Below, piece after piece: positions 48,475 through 57,524 of a stretch of DNA of 64,000 bases. The notes beneath the pieces are model-generated. The model saw only the letters and a list, made by a program, of their open reading frames with translations. It made no database searches and was not told the origin of the DNA. This DNA is from an uncultured bacterium. Its GTDB lineage: Bacteria > Krumholzibacteriota > Krumholzibacteriia > WVZY01. The translations under genes and the position numbers were made by a program. The DNA lies in NCBI GenBank assembly GCA_965372355.1, contig CBDVBZ010000001.1:54422-118421 (forward strand), given 5' to 3'. Each line of letters starts with the position of its first letter. The first letter of the stretch is position 1.

Positions 48475-49585
48475 GTGATACAGAAAGACGATATACCTCG
48501 GATCCTCGTTGATCTGAGGGAGCGGACGGCCAAACTCAAGGAGTTTCTTTGACCTCGAGTCGCTGAAGAAACGCCTTGGCGAGCTCGACTCGGTTATGAG
48601 CTCACAGAAATTCTGGGAGGACAAGACACGCTCCGAGGGGACGTTGAAAGAGGCGAGTTCGCTCAAGGCGAAGGTCGAACCGATCGAGCGTATCGCGACG
48701 GGCCTGGACGATTGTGAAGGGCTCTTCGATCTCGCGGTCGAGGAGAACGAAGCAGCCGTTTTCGAAGAGGTCGGCAACGACCTGGTCTCGATAGAGCAGC
48801 AGCTCGCCGACATGGAGTTGTCGCTGCTCTTTTCGAATCCCGAGGAGAAGCGCGATGCAATCCTGTCGATCCACCCGGGCGCCGGAGGCACCGAATCGAT
48901 GGATTGGGCGGAGATGCTGATGCGCATGTACCAGCGGTTCTGCGAGCGTCGTGGCTTCGAGGTGCGCGTGCTCGACGTTTCACAGGGTGAGGAAGCGGGT
49001 ATCAAGAGCGTGTCGATGGAGATCAAGGGCCCAAACGCCTATGGCACGCTCCGGTCCGAGTCAGGTGTTCACAGACTGGTCCGCATTTCGCCCTACGACG
49101 CAAACCACAGGAGGCACACGTCGTTCGCATCGGTATTCGTGTACCCGGAGGTCGACAACAATATTGAGATCGAGATACGCGATGAGGATCTTAAGATCGA
49201 TACGTACCGGGCGAGCGGCGCCGGCGGGCAGCACGTCAACAAAACGGACAGCGCGGTTCGAATCACCCACGCGCCGACGGGCATCGTGGTGCAGTGCCAG
49301 AACGAGCGTTCGCAGTTCAGAAACCGCGAAAACGCGATGAAGATCCTCGGTGCGAGGCTGTACCATCGCAAGCTGGAGGAGGAGCGCGAAAAAATGGACA
49401 AGAGGATGGCGGGCCAGAAGGATATCGCCTGGGGCAGCCAGATTCGGTCTTACGTGCTCCATCCCTACACCATGGTTAAGGATCACCGCACCGCCGTCCA
49501 GGTCTCCGATGTCCAGAAGGTGCTCGACGGCGAGCTCAGCGAGTTCGTAGAGGCGTTTCTCCACAAGTTTTCCGGCGGCAACTAG
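48475..49585 (+). CDS. prfB: Peptide chain release factor 2, requiring programmed +1 ribosomal frameshift at CTT TGA C (48547-48553); frame 0 from 48475 to 48549, +1 frame to 49585.
   Basis: GTG start with AAAGGAGG RBS. N-terminal 25 codons end ...LKEFL then in-frame TGA. Internal SD-like AAGGAG 3 nt upstream of the slip site, exactly as in the classical prfB frameshift. Downstream frame carries GGQ (SGAGGQHVNKTDSAVRITH) and an SPY variant of the RF2 SPF tripeptide. Confidence 0.9.
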
Positions 49586-49649
49586 CGCTTGACTCGAACG
49601 GGTTATGTTCATTAAGCTTGCGCGAATTTTGTCCAACTGAATCGGGTGA

Positions 49650-51113
49650 ATGATGGAAGGAATCGACAAACTCCGGGCCGTACGCATCGAGAAGATGGAT
49701 GAGCTGGTCTCGGCGGGGGCGAATCCGTACCCCTATAGATACCAGGTCACGCACCATGCAGCCGATGTCGTCGAGAACGAGGTTTCACTCACGGATGCCG
49801 AGACCGTTGTCACGGTCGCCGGGCGTATCATGGCGCTCCGCGGGCACGGTGCGACGGCGTTCGGCCACGTCGAGGACAAAACGGGCCGGCTGCAGTTCTA
49901 CGTCCGAAAGGATGAGGTTGGCGAGGAGCCGTACAAGCTCTTCAAGCTGCTCGAGGTCGGGGATATCGTCGGTATCGAGGGGATTGTGTTTCGAACCCGA
50001 ACCGGCGAGCTGACGGTTCGGGCGAAACGGGTTGACGTGCTGTCGAAGGCGTTGAGACCACTTCCCGAGAAGTGGCACGGTCTCAAAGACAAGGAACTCC
50101 GCTACCGGCAGCGGTACGTCGACATGATCATGAACCCGGATGTCCGCGAGGTGTTTCAGAAGCGCTCGCGGCTGATGGAGACGATGCGGCAGTTCCTCAT
50201 CGGCCGCGGGTACCTCGAAGTGGAGACCCCTGTGCTGCAGCCGATCTACGGCGGCGCGGCGGCAAGACCGTTTGTGACCCACCACAATGCCCTCGATGTC
50301 GATGTATATCTCCGTATCGCAGACGAGCTTTATCTCAAACGGCTGCTCGTCGGGGGGCTGGAGCGGGTCTTCGAGTTTGCAAAGGACTTTCGCAACGAGG
50401 GTATCGACCGCACTCACTATCCGGAATTCACGATGATGGAGTGCTACTCGGTGTACGAGGACTATTTGGATTACATGGACATGGTCGAAGAGATGTTCCG
50501 CGCGCTCGCCGACGCGTTGACGTCGGACGGCAAGCTCTCATACCAGGGAAGAGAGATCGACTTCACGAAGCCGTGGACCCGGGTCCGTTTCTTCGACGCG
50601 CTCGAAAAGCACACCGGCATAAACCTGGCCGGCGCCACGGAGGCCGAGATATTCGCAGCGGCCGAGAAGTTGAACGTCGCGCTGCCCGAGGGCGCCACGA
50701 TGGGCACCGCGCTCGATGAGATCTTTAGCGAGAAGGTCGAACCCGCGCTACTGGACCCGACCTTTGTTTATGACTACCCCAAGGAGCTTTCCCCCCTGGC
50801 CAAGGATCACCGATCCGAAGAAGGCCTGGTGGAGCGTTTCGAGCCGTTTATGTGCGGTTTCGAGCTCGGCAACGCGTTCTCCGAGCTCAACAACCCTATC
50901 GAGCAGCGCAAGCGCTTCGAGGAGCAGGCCATGTTCAAACAGCGGGGCGACGAGAGCGCGCACGTCGTGGACGAAGATTTTGTCCGGGCGCTGGAATACG
51001 GGATGCCACCCGCCGCAGGTCTGGGTCTGGGGATCGATCGATTGACGATGATATTTACCGACAGCGCCTCGATTCGCGACGTTCTGTTTTTCCCCCAGTT
51101 GAGGCCCGAGTAA
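49650..51113 (+). CDS. lysS: Lysine--tRNA ligase (class II).
   Basis: OB anticodon-binding domain; motif 2 FRNEGIDRTHYPEFTMMECY; motif 3 GLGLGIDRL; typical prfB-lysS pairing. Confidence 0.95.
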   Translation: MMEGIDKLRAVRIEKMDELVSAGANPYPYRYQVTHHAADVVENEVSLTDAETVVTVAGRIMALRGHGATAFGHVEDKTGRLQFYVRKDEVGEEPYKLFKLLEVGDIVGIEGIVFRTRTGELTVRAKRVDVLSKALRPLPEKWHGLKDKELRYRQRYVDMIMNPDVREVFQKRSRLMETMRQFLIGRGYLEVETPVLQPIYGGAAARPFVTHHNALDVDVYLRIADELYLKRLLVGGLERVFEFAKDFRNEGIDRTHYPEFTMMECYSVYEDYLDYMDMVEEMFRALADALTSDGKLSYQGREIDFTKPWTRVRFFDALEKHTGINLAGATEAEIFAAAEKLNVALPEGATMGTALDEIFSEKVEPALLDPTFVYDYPKELSPLAKDHRSEEGLVERFEPFMCGFELGNAFSELNNPIEQRKRFEEQAMFKQRGDESAHVVDEDFVRALEYGMPPAAGLGLGIDRLTMIFTDSASIRDVLFFPQLRPE

Positions 51114-51119
51114 CACAGC

Positions 51120-52376
51120 ATGAATTACGCGTTTTTTATCGCCAAGCGGTATCTCAAAACGAAGCGGCGCTCAGCGCTTGTTTCCCGGATAACGACCATT
51201 GCCATCGGCGGCGTCTTCGTCGGTGTAATGACGCTCGTTATCGTGTTGTCGGTGATCAACGGCTTCGAGACCGAGCTGCGGCAGCGCATTGTGGCCTTCA
51301 ACACCAATGTGGTCGTCTTTATGCGCAACCCCCAGGCGTGGGCGAACACTGACACGCTCGAGACCATTCTCCTCGAGCAGGACCACGTCATGGCCATCGC
51401 CCCTTTTGTCCGCTCCGAGGCGTTGATCTCATACGAAGTGATTCCGGGGCGCAGGACGCGCATTCGAGGTGTCGTCATCAAGGGTGTCGATCTGTCCAGG
51501 GAAGCCCTGGTTTCCACGGTGATCGATAGCATCAAGCCCGAGATCGACTCGTTCGACACGAGTTACTTCGAGGATGAGGAGCCGCATGCCGGGGTCGTCC
51601 TCGGGCTGGACCTGGCCATCGAGCTCCGGGTCGGTTTGGGCGAGGCGGTCAGCCTGGTAACGGCACCGTCGACGATTCGTGGAGGTCAGGTTGAGCCCCA
51701 GGTTCAGAAGTGCCGGGTAATCGGTTTCTTCAACAGCGGGATGTACGAGTTCGATTCGCGTTTTGTCTATATGGATCTTGCCGACGCCGACAGCCTGTTC
51801 GATTTCGAGACGGGCTTGAGAGGGTTCGGTATTCAAATCGACAATATCTACGAGGCCCGGGATGTGGACTGGAAGATCCAACAGGCTGTGTCGATGAAGG
51901 ACCACGGCACCAACAACTGGATCAACATGAACCAGAATCTGTTTAGCTACATGAAGATCGAAAAGATACTCATGTTCCTCATGCTGACGCTGATCATCCT
52001 GGTTGCGGCGTTCAATCTGGTTGGGATGCTCACAATGGTCATTATGGAGAAGCGCAAGGAGATCGGTATTCTCAAGGCGATGGGGACACCGGGCCGCGGT
52101 ATCATGTTAATATTCCTGCTGGAGGGCACGGTAATCGGGATCCTGGGCACGATCGGTGGGTTGATCACCGGTTATGTGGCCTGCCTCATTCTCGATCGGA
52201 TCAATCTCGATTTACCCGGTGACGTGTATTTCATCAAGACGCTGCCCGTCCTGGTCCACTGGGAGGACCTGGTGGTCGTGTGCGCCAGTGCCATTCTTAT
52301 ATGTTTTTTGGCAACGATTTATCCGAGCTGGGAGGCAAGCAAATTGCTACCTGTAGAGGCCATCCGGAGCGAGTGA
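51120..52376 (+). CDS. lolE: Lipoprotein-releasing system permease (LolC/LolE-type, FtsX/MacB fold).
   Basis: N-terminus RYLKTKRRSALVSRITTIAIGGVFVG, large periplasmic loop, C-terminal FtsX TMs; single permease gene. Confidence 0.8.
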   Translation: MNYAFFIAKRYLKTKRRSALVSRITTIAIGGVFVGVMTLVIVLSVINGFETELRQRIVAFNTNVVVFMRNPQAWANTDTLETILLEQDHVMAIAPFVRSEALISYEVIPGRRTRIRGVVIKGVDLSREALVSTVIDSIKPEIDSFDTSYFEDEEPHAGVVLGLDLAIELRVGLGEAVSLVTAPSTIRGGQVEPQVQKCRVIGFFNSGMYEFDSRFVYMDLADADSLFDFETGLRGFGIQIDNIYEARDVDWKIQQAVSMKDHGTNNWINMNQNLFSYMKIEKILMFLMLTLIILVAAFNLVGMLTMVIMEKRKEIGILKAMGTPGRGIMLIFLLEGTVIGILGTIGGLITGYVACLILDRINLDLPGDVYFIKTLPVLVHWEDLVVVCASAILICFLATIYPSWEASKLLPVEAIRSE

Positions 52377-52491
52377 CCGGTACCGGTCGAGTTGTGTTGA
52401 AACCGTCTAACTGGCCGTAATATATTCGATTAGAACTATCCTCTTGAAGCTTGTGTTTTCTGGCAGTGGGACTTAGATTTAGGACGTAATC

Positions 52492-53187
52492 GTGGTTATC
52501 GAGGCACGAGGGCTAAAGAAGAGTTTCGAGGGCACCCAGGGCAGAATTCAGGTGCTCGACGGTCTGGATGTCAGTGTGAAACGCGGGGAAGTGCTGTCGA
52601 TCATTGGCGCGTCGGGCGTCGGCAAGAGCACGCTGCTCCAGATCCTCGGATCGCTGGATCGCCCGGACGCCGGAACGCTCGAGATCGGGGGCGAGCGGGT
52701 GGATACGCTGAGCGCCCGGGAGCTAAACCGGCTTCGCAACCGCTACATCGGGTTCGTGTTTCAGTTCCACTTTCTGCTCCCCGAGTTCACGGCAATGGAG
52801 AACGTGATGATGCCCGGCCTGGTGGGTGGACGGTCGTGGAAGTCATCGCAGAGGCGGGCCGAGGAACTGCTGGAGAGGGTCGGACTGGCCGATCGGTTCA
52901 GCCACAAGCCCAGCGAATTGTCTGGGGGAGAGCAGCAGAGGGTGGCGGTCGCCAGGGCGCTGGCCAACGGTCCCGAGGTGATCCTGGCGGACGAACCGAC
53001 GGGGAACCTCGACGATGCCTCGAGCGAGGGTATCCACGAACTCATCGGCCAGTTGGCGAGAGATGAGCACAAGACGTTTGTTGTTGTGACGCACAAGAGT
53101 GAGTTTGCGAAACATGCGCACCGCGTGGCTCTGCTCAGCGACGGTGTGCTTAGTCAGATAGAGGATGCCAATGCCAGTGATGTGTAA
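52492..53187 (+). CDS. lolD: Lipoprotein-releasing system ATP-binding protein.
   Basis: Walker A GASGVGKSTLL, signature LSGGEQQRVAVARAL, Walker B ILADEPTGNLD. Confidence 0.85.
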   Translation: MVIEARGLKKSFEGTQGRIQVLDGLDVSVKRGEVLSIIGASGVGKSTLLQILGSLDRPDAGTLEIGGERVDTLSARELNRLRNRYIGFVFQFHFLLPEFTAMENVMMPGLVGGRSWKSSQRRAEELLERVGLADRFSHKPSELSGGEQQRVAVARALANGPEVILADEPTGNLDDASSEGIHELIGQLARDEHKTFVVVTHKSEFAKHAHRVALLSDGVLSQIEDANASDV

Positions 53188-53683
53188 ACAGTGCGGGATC
53201 CGCCCGTCGAAAATCCACTACACGGAGATCGTCAACAACCGTACGGTGACGACCGATCTGTGTCTCGAATGCGCCGAGAGCCGGGGTATCGATGTCCAGA
53301 AGTCGGGCAGCTACGGGCTCGGCGATCTTGTCGCGGGTCTCATCGACACGTCGGCGCAGAACCAGGCAGAGAGAATGGGCAAGGTAAAATGCCCGGCGTG
53401 TGAGTTCGTCTACTCGGACTTCAAGAAGTCGGGTCGTTTCGGGTGTCCGGAGTGCTACGTCGCGTTCGAACCGCAGCTGATACCACTCCTCAGGCAGATC
53501 CATGGAAGCACCCAGCACGAGGGCAAGACCCCGAAACGGCTAGGGCCCAAGGCAGTTATTCGCAAAGAACTGATGGATCTGAAGGAAGAGTTATCGCGGG
53601 CCATTCAGGATGAGCGATACGAGGACGCCGCGAAGATCCGCGACCGGATCAAGACGCTCGAGACGAAGGTGGGGGGAGGCTGA
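53165..53683 (+). CDS. mcsA: McsA-like protein-arginine kinase activator (zinc fingers plus UVR motif).
   Basis: Paired CxxC (MCKQCG...CLECA; CPACE...CPECY) and C-terminal UvrB/C motif LMDLKEELSRAIQDERYEDAAKIRDRIKTLE; precedes mcsB. Confidence 0.7.
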   Translation: MPMPVMCKQCGIRPSKIHYTEIVNNRTVTTDLCLECAESRGIDVQKSGSYGLGDLVAGLIDTSAQNQAERMGKVKCPACEFVYSDFKKSGRFGCPECYVAFEPQLIPLLRQIHGSTQHEGKTPKRLGPKAVIRKELMDLKEELSRAIQDERYEDAAKIRDRIKTLETKVGGG

Positions 53684-54753
53684 TGCAGATCGGCGACATG
53701 GTCAATAAGCCGGCAACATGGCTCGACGGATCGGGAGACGACAACGAGATCGTGCTCTCGAGTCGGATTCGTATGGCGCGCAACATCGAGAACCGGCGTT
53801 TCCCTCAGCGGGCCGAGGCGGAAGAACTCTCGGTGATCCTCGAGCAGGCCCGGTCGGCCGCCGAAGAGGCGATGGCCTTCAAGACGGGACACTATTTCCC
53901 GATGGGGAGCGTGTCGTCGCTCGACCGGCAGTTCCTTGCCGAACGCCACCTGGTGAGCCGCGAATTCCTGTTTAGCTCGTCCAACCGCGGGCTCCTCGTA
54001 AACGAGAACGAGAATCTGTGTCTGATGATAAACGAGGAGGACCACCTGCGTTTGCAGGCATACGGCTCGGGTGTCAGCCTGCGGCAGGCGCTCGATCTGG
54101 CGGATCGTCTGGACAGCGAACTCGCCAACCAGCTGGGATACGCGTACAGCGAGCGTTTCGGTCATTTGACCGCGTGTCCGACGAATCTGGGGACGGGGCT
54201 GAGAGCCTCGCTCCTGATTCATCTCCCGGGTCTCGTTCACAGCAAGGAGATCAACAAGCTTCTGGACAGCCTCAGGCAACTCCACCATTCCATCAGAGGG
54301 CTGTATGGGGAAGGCTCGGAAGTGATGGGTAATTTCTTTCAACTCTCGAACAGCGCTACGTTGGGGACAACGGAGGATGTCATCATCGGCAGCCTCAAGG
54401 AGATGGCCGGAAAGGTCGTCGGCTTCGAGCAAAGGGCCCGAGACATGCTATTTCGCAAGGCACGAAGCTTGCTTGAAGATAAGGTGTGGCGCGCCTACGG
54501 CTTGCTGGGACACGCGAGGCGCGTGAGCACGAAAGAGGCCCTGAGCCTGATATCGGCGGTGCGGTTGGGTGTCGGGATGGGGATCATCAAGGATTTGTCC
54601 ATAAAGACACTGAACGAGCTGCTCGTTTACATTCAGCCCGCTCATCTCCAGATGCGCGAAGGCCGTTCCATGGACACGCACGAGAGGGATGTCGCGCGAG
54701 CGGACTACATGCGTGGGAGAGTCTCCGGTACAACGCAACACGAGGAGGAGTGA
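53683..54753 (+). CDS. mcsB: Protein arginine kinase McsB (phosphagen-kinase fold).
   Basis: Phosphagen kinase active-site motif LTACPTNLGTGLRASLLIHLPGL; about 356 aa; TGATG overlap with mcsA. Confidence 0.8.
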   Translation: MQIGDMVNKPATWLDGSGDDNEIVLSSRIRMARNIENRRFPQRAEAEELSVILEQARSAAEEAMAFKTGHYFPMGSVSSLDRQFLAERHLVSREFLFSSSNRGLLVNENENLCLMINEEDHLRLQAYGSGVSLRQALDLADRLDSELANQLGYAYSERFGHLTACPTNLGTGLRASLLIHLPGLVHSKEINKLLDSLRQLHHSIRGLYGEGSEVMGNFFQLSNSATLGTTEDVIIGSLKEMAGKVVGFEQRARDMLFRKARSLLEDKVWRAYGLLGHARRVSTKEALSLISAVRLGVGMGIIKDLSIKTLNELLVYIQPAHLQMREGRSMDTHERDVARADYMRGRVSGTTQHEEE

Positions 54754-54759
54754 TCATCG

Positions 54760-57195
54760 ATGCACGACCGATTTACCGATCGAGTTAGGCGCGTAATTTA
54801 TTTCGCACGAGACGAAGCGAGTCGCCTCCAGCACGACTACATCGGCACCGAACACCTCCTGTTGGGGATCGTCCGCGAGGGAGAGGGCATTGCAGCCAAG
54901 GTCCTTGGCAAGATGGATCTCGATTTTGAACAGATACAGCAGGCTGTGGAAAGCATGGTTAAGAGCAGTGGAGGCACGCTCACGATAGGCGAGATACCGT
55001 TTACACCGCGTGCAAAACGGGTTCTCGAGCTGGCCATCGAAGAGGCGCGGCTGCTCGGCCACAATTACGTGGGTACCGAGCACCTGCTTCTGGGGCTCAT
55101 CCGCGAGGGGGAGGGGGTTGCCGCACAGGTGCTGGCAGAGCTCGGCGTGGACCGCAAGCGGGTGAGGGAAGAGGTTCTCAAGCTGCTCGGACCATCGACG
55201 TCGGCAAGAGCGAGAAAGGCGAAGAAGGAAAAGAGCGACACTCCCAACCTGGATCAGTTTGGCCGCGACCTGGCACAGATGGCCCGCGAGGGCAAACTGG
55301 ATCCGATCATCGGTCGCGAGGCCGAGATCGAACGGGTGATCCAGGTCTTGAGCCGCCGCAAGAAGAACAACCCGATCCTCATCGGTGAGCCCGGCGTGGG
55401 CAAGACGGCCATCGCCGAGGGACTGGCCCAGCGCATCGTCCAGAACAAGATCCCCGAGATACTCAAGGACCGGCGCATCTGCACGCTGGATCTTGCATCT
55501 GTTGTTGCAGGAACGAAATACAGGGGGCAGTTTGAGGAAAGATTAAAGTCCATTATCAACGAGATCCGGGAATCCGACGACGTGATCATCTTCATCGACG
55601 AGGTCCACACGATCGTGGGAGCCGGGGGAGCCGAGGGCGCGATCGACGCGTCGAACATGCTCAAACCGGCGCTGGCGCGAGGCGAGCTCCAGTGCATAGG
55701 CGCCACGACCCTCGATGAGTTCCGCAAGCACATCGAAAAGGACGGGGCGCTCGAGCGTCGCTTCCAGCCGATCCTGATCAATCCTCCGACCGAGGAAGAA
55801 ACGGTGGCGATTATCTTCGGTCTCAGGGACAGGTACGAGGCGCACCACAGGGTCAAGATCAGTGACCAGGCCGTTCAGGCGGCGGTCTATTTTTCGCAGC
55901 GGTACATCCACGACCGCTATCTGCCGGACAAGGCGATCGATGTGATCGATGAGGCGGGGTCCCGCGCGAGGCTCGACGTGGTCACAGCGCCGTCCGAGCT
56001 GCAAACACTGGAGAAGGAGATCGAGGAGCTGTGCCGCGAGAAGGAATCGGCGATTCAGGCGCAGGAGTTCGAGAAGGCGGCGAGCTTCAGAGACCGCGAG
56101 AAGGAGATGCGCAAGAAGCTCGAGGAGATGCGAAAGACATGGGCGGAGACCAAGCAGGTCAAGGAGACGACGGTGGAGGCCGAGGACATCGCTCGCGTCG
56201 TGTCGTCGATGACCGGGGTCCCCGTATCCGAGGTGGAAGAGGAAGAAACCGAAAAGCTGCTCAAGCTCGAAGACCAACTCCGCAAACGCGTCGTTGGCCA
56301 GGAAGAGGCCGTCGAGGCGGTCTCAAAGGCGGTGCGCCGCAACCGGGCCGGGCTTCGGGATCCGCGCCGGCCGATCGGCAGTTTCATCTTTCTCGGGCCC
56401 ACCGGTGTGGGCAAGACCGAGCTGGCCAGAGCGCTGTCCGAGACGCTGTTCGAGTCGGAGGAGGCGCTGGTTCGCATCGATATGTCGGAGTACATGGAGA
56501 AGTTCGCGGTGTCGCGTCTTATTGGTGCCCCGCCGGGGTATGTTGGCTACGACGAGGGCGGGCAGCTGACCGAGAAGGTCAGACGCAAACCTTACAGCGT
56601 GATCCTCCTCGACGAGATCGAGAAGGCCCATCCGGACGTGTTCAACATACTCCTCCAGGTGATGGACGACGGTGCGCTGACCGACAACTACGGCCGGCGG
56701 GTCGATTTCCGCAACACCGTCTTGATCATGACGTCCAATGTGGGGACGGGTGAAGTGAAGGGGGGCAAGAGCCTCGGGTTCGCACAGGAGACGGCGGAGT
56801 CCTCGTTCATCAACATCAAGAACAGGTTGATGGACAGGGTGAAGAAGGACTTCAACCCCGAGTTCCTCAACCGCCTCGATGAGATCATCGTCTTCCGGCC
56901 TCTGGGTATGGAAGAGATGGAATCGATCGTGTCCATCATGTTGGGAGATTTTATAACTCGTTTGGAATCACTTGATTTGAAGATTGAGTTCACCAAGGAA
57001 TCGAAGGACTTTTTGATGGAGAACGGCTTCGATCCGGCGCTGGGCGCCCGCCCGCTTCGCCGGGCGATCCAGCGTTTCGTGGAGGACCCGCTCAGCGAGC
57101 TCCTTCTCAAGAAAGGTCTCAAAAAGGACGCCGAGATCCACGTCACGGTCAAAGAGGGCGGACTGAACTTCGACGATGTCGCAAAGGCAAAATAG
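54760..57195 (+). CDS. clpC: ATP-dependent Clp protease ATP-binding subunit ClpC (class III, with N-repeats and middle UVR motif).
   Basis: Duplicated Clp N-domain (YIGTEHLLLGI ... YVGTEHLLLGL), Walker A GEPGVGKT and GPTGVGKT, UVR linker, ClpP-binding loop region. Confidence 0.95.
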   Translation: MHDRFTDRVRRVIYFARDEASRLQHDYIGTEHLLLGIVREGEGIAAKVLGKMDLDFEQIQQAVESMVKSSGGTLTIGEIPFTPRAKRVLELAIEEARLLGHNYVGTEHLLLGLIREGEGVAAQVLAELGVDRKRVREEVLKLLGPSTSARARKAKKEKSDTPNLDQFGRDLAQMAREGKLDPIIGREAEIERVIQVLSRRKKNNPILIGEPGVGKTAIAEGLAQRIVQNKIPEILKDRRICTLDLASVVAGTKYRGQFEERLKSIINEIRESDDVIIFIDEVHTIVGAGGAEGAIDASNMLKPALARGELQCIGATTLDEFRKHIEKDGALERRFQPILINPPTEEETVAIIFGLRDRYEAHHRVKISDQAVQAAVYFSQRYIHDRYLPDKAIDVIDEAGSRARLDVVTAPSELQTLEKEIEELCREKESAIQAQEFEKAASFRDREKEMRKKLEEMRKTWAETKQVKETTVEAEDIARVVSSMTGVPVSEVEEEETEKLLKLEDQLRKRVVGQEEAVEAVSKAVRRNRAGLRDPRRPIGSFIFLGPTGVGKTELARALSETLFESEEALVRIDMSEYMEKFAVSRLIGAPPGYVGYDEGGQLTEKVRRKPYSVILLDEIEKAHPDVFNILLQVMDDGALTDNYGRRVDFRNTVLIMTSNVGTGEVKGGKSLGFAQETAESSFINIKNRLMDRVKKDFNPEFLNRLDEIIVFRPLGMEEMESIVSIMLGDFITRLESLDLKIEFTKESKDFLMENGFDPALGARPLRRAIQRFVEDPLSELLLKKGLKKDAEIHVTVKEGGLNFDDVAKAK

Positions 57196-57328
57196 CTTTT
57201 TGGGGTCCCGGGGACGAGCGAGTGAGGCTTTTCCTCGGACCCTGCGCTCCGTCGGCCGTGGGTTCTCGGACGCGATGGGTACGCGCTTGCTTAAACCCTC
57301 CGAGCGCCACGTCTTGCATGTCAGAGCC

Positions 57329-57342
57329 CTTCCAGGACAGGC
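57329..57342 (+). repeat. Exact copy of the dispersed motif CTTCCAGGACAGGC (extended match CCCTTCCAGGACAGGCGG) in the clpC-bamA spacer, about 185 bp upstream of bamA.
   Basis: Read directly. Confidence 0.8.
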
Positions 57343-57439
57343 GGCGTCTGCGGAACTCGCCGCGAGCACCCATCACGCCCACGCCGACGAGTCAGCCCCT
57401 GCCAAGGCCCCTGTAGTCCCCTAGCCCCTGTTGATGTAG

Positions 57440-57467
57440 TTGCTTTAACCATGTAATCTTATATATT
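57440..57467 (+). promoter_or_regulatory. Sigma-70-like promoter TTGCTT-N16-TATATT for bamA-skp-lpx genes.
   Basis: Read directly; same TTGCTT -35 hexamer as the promoter at 27873. Confidence 0.4.
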
Positions 57468-57524
57468 TCTCCTGGAACAAGTTACAGGGGTTTTTTGTTT
57501 ACAGGGAAAGGGTACCATGTTAGG

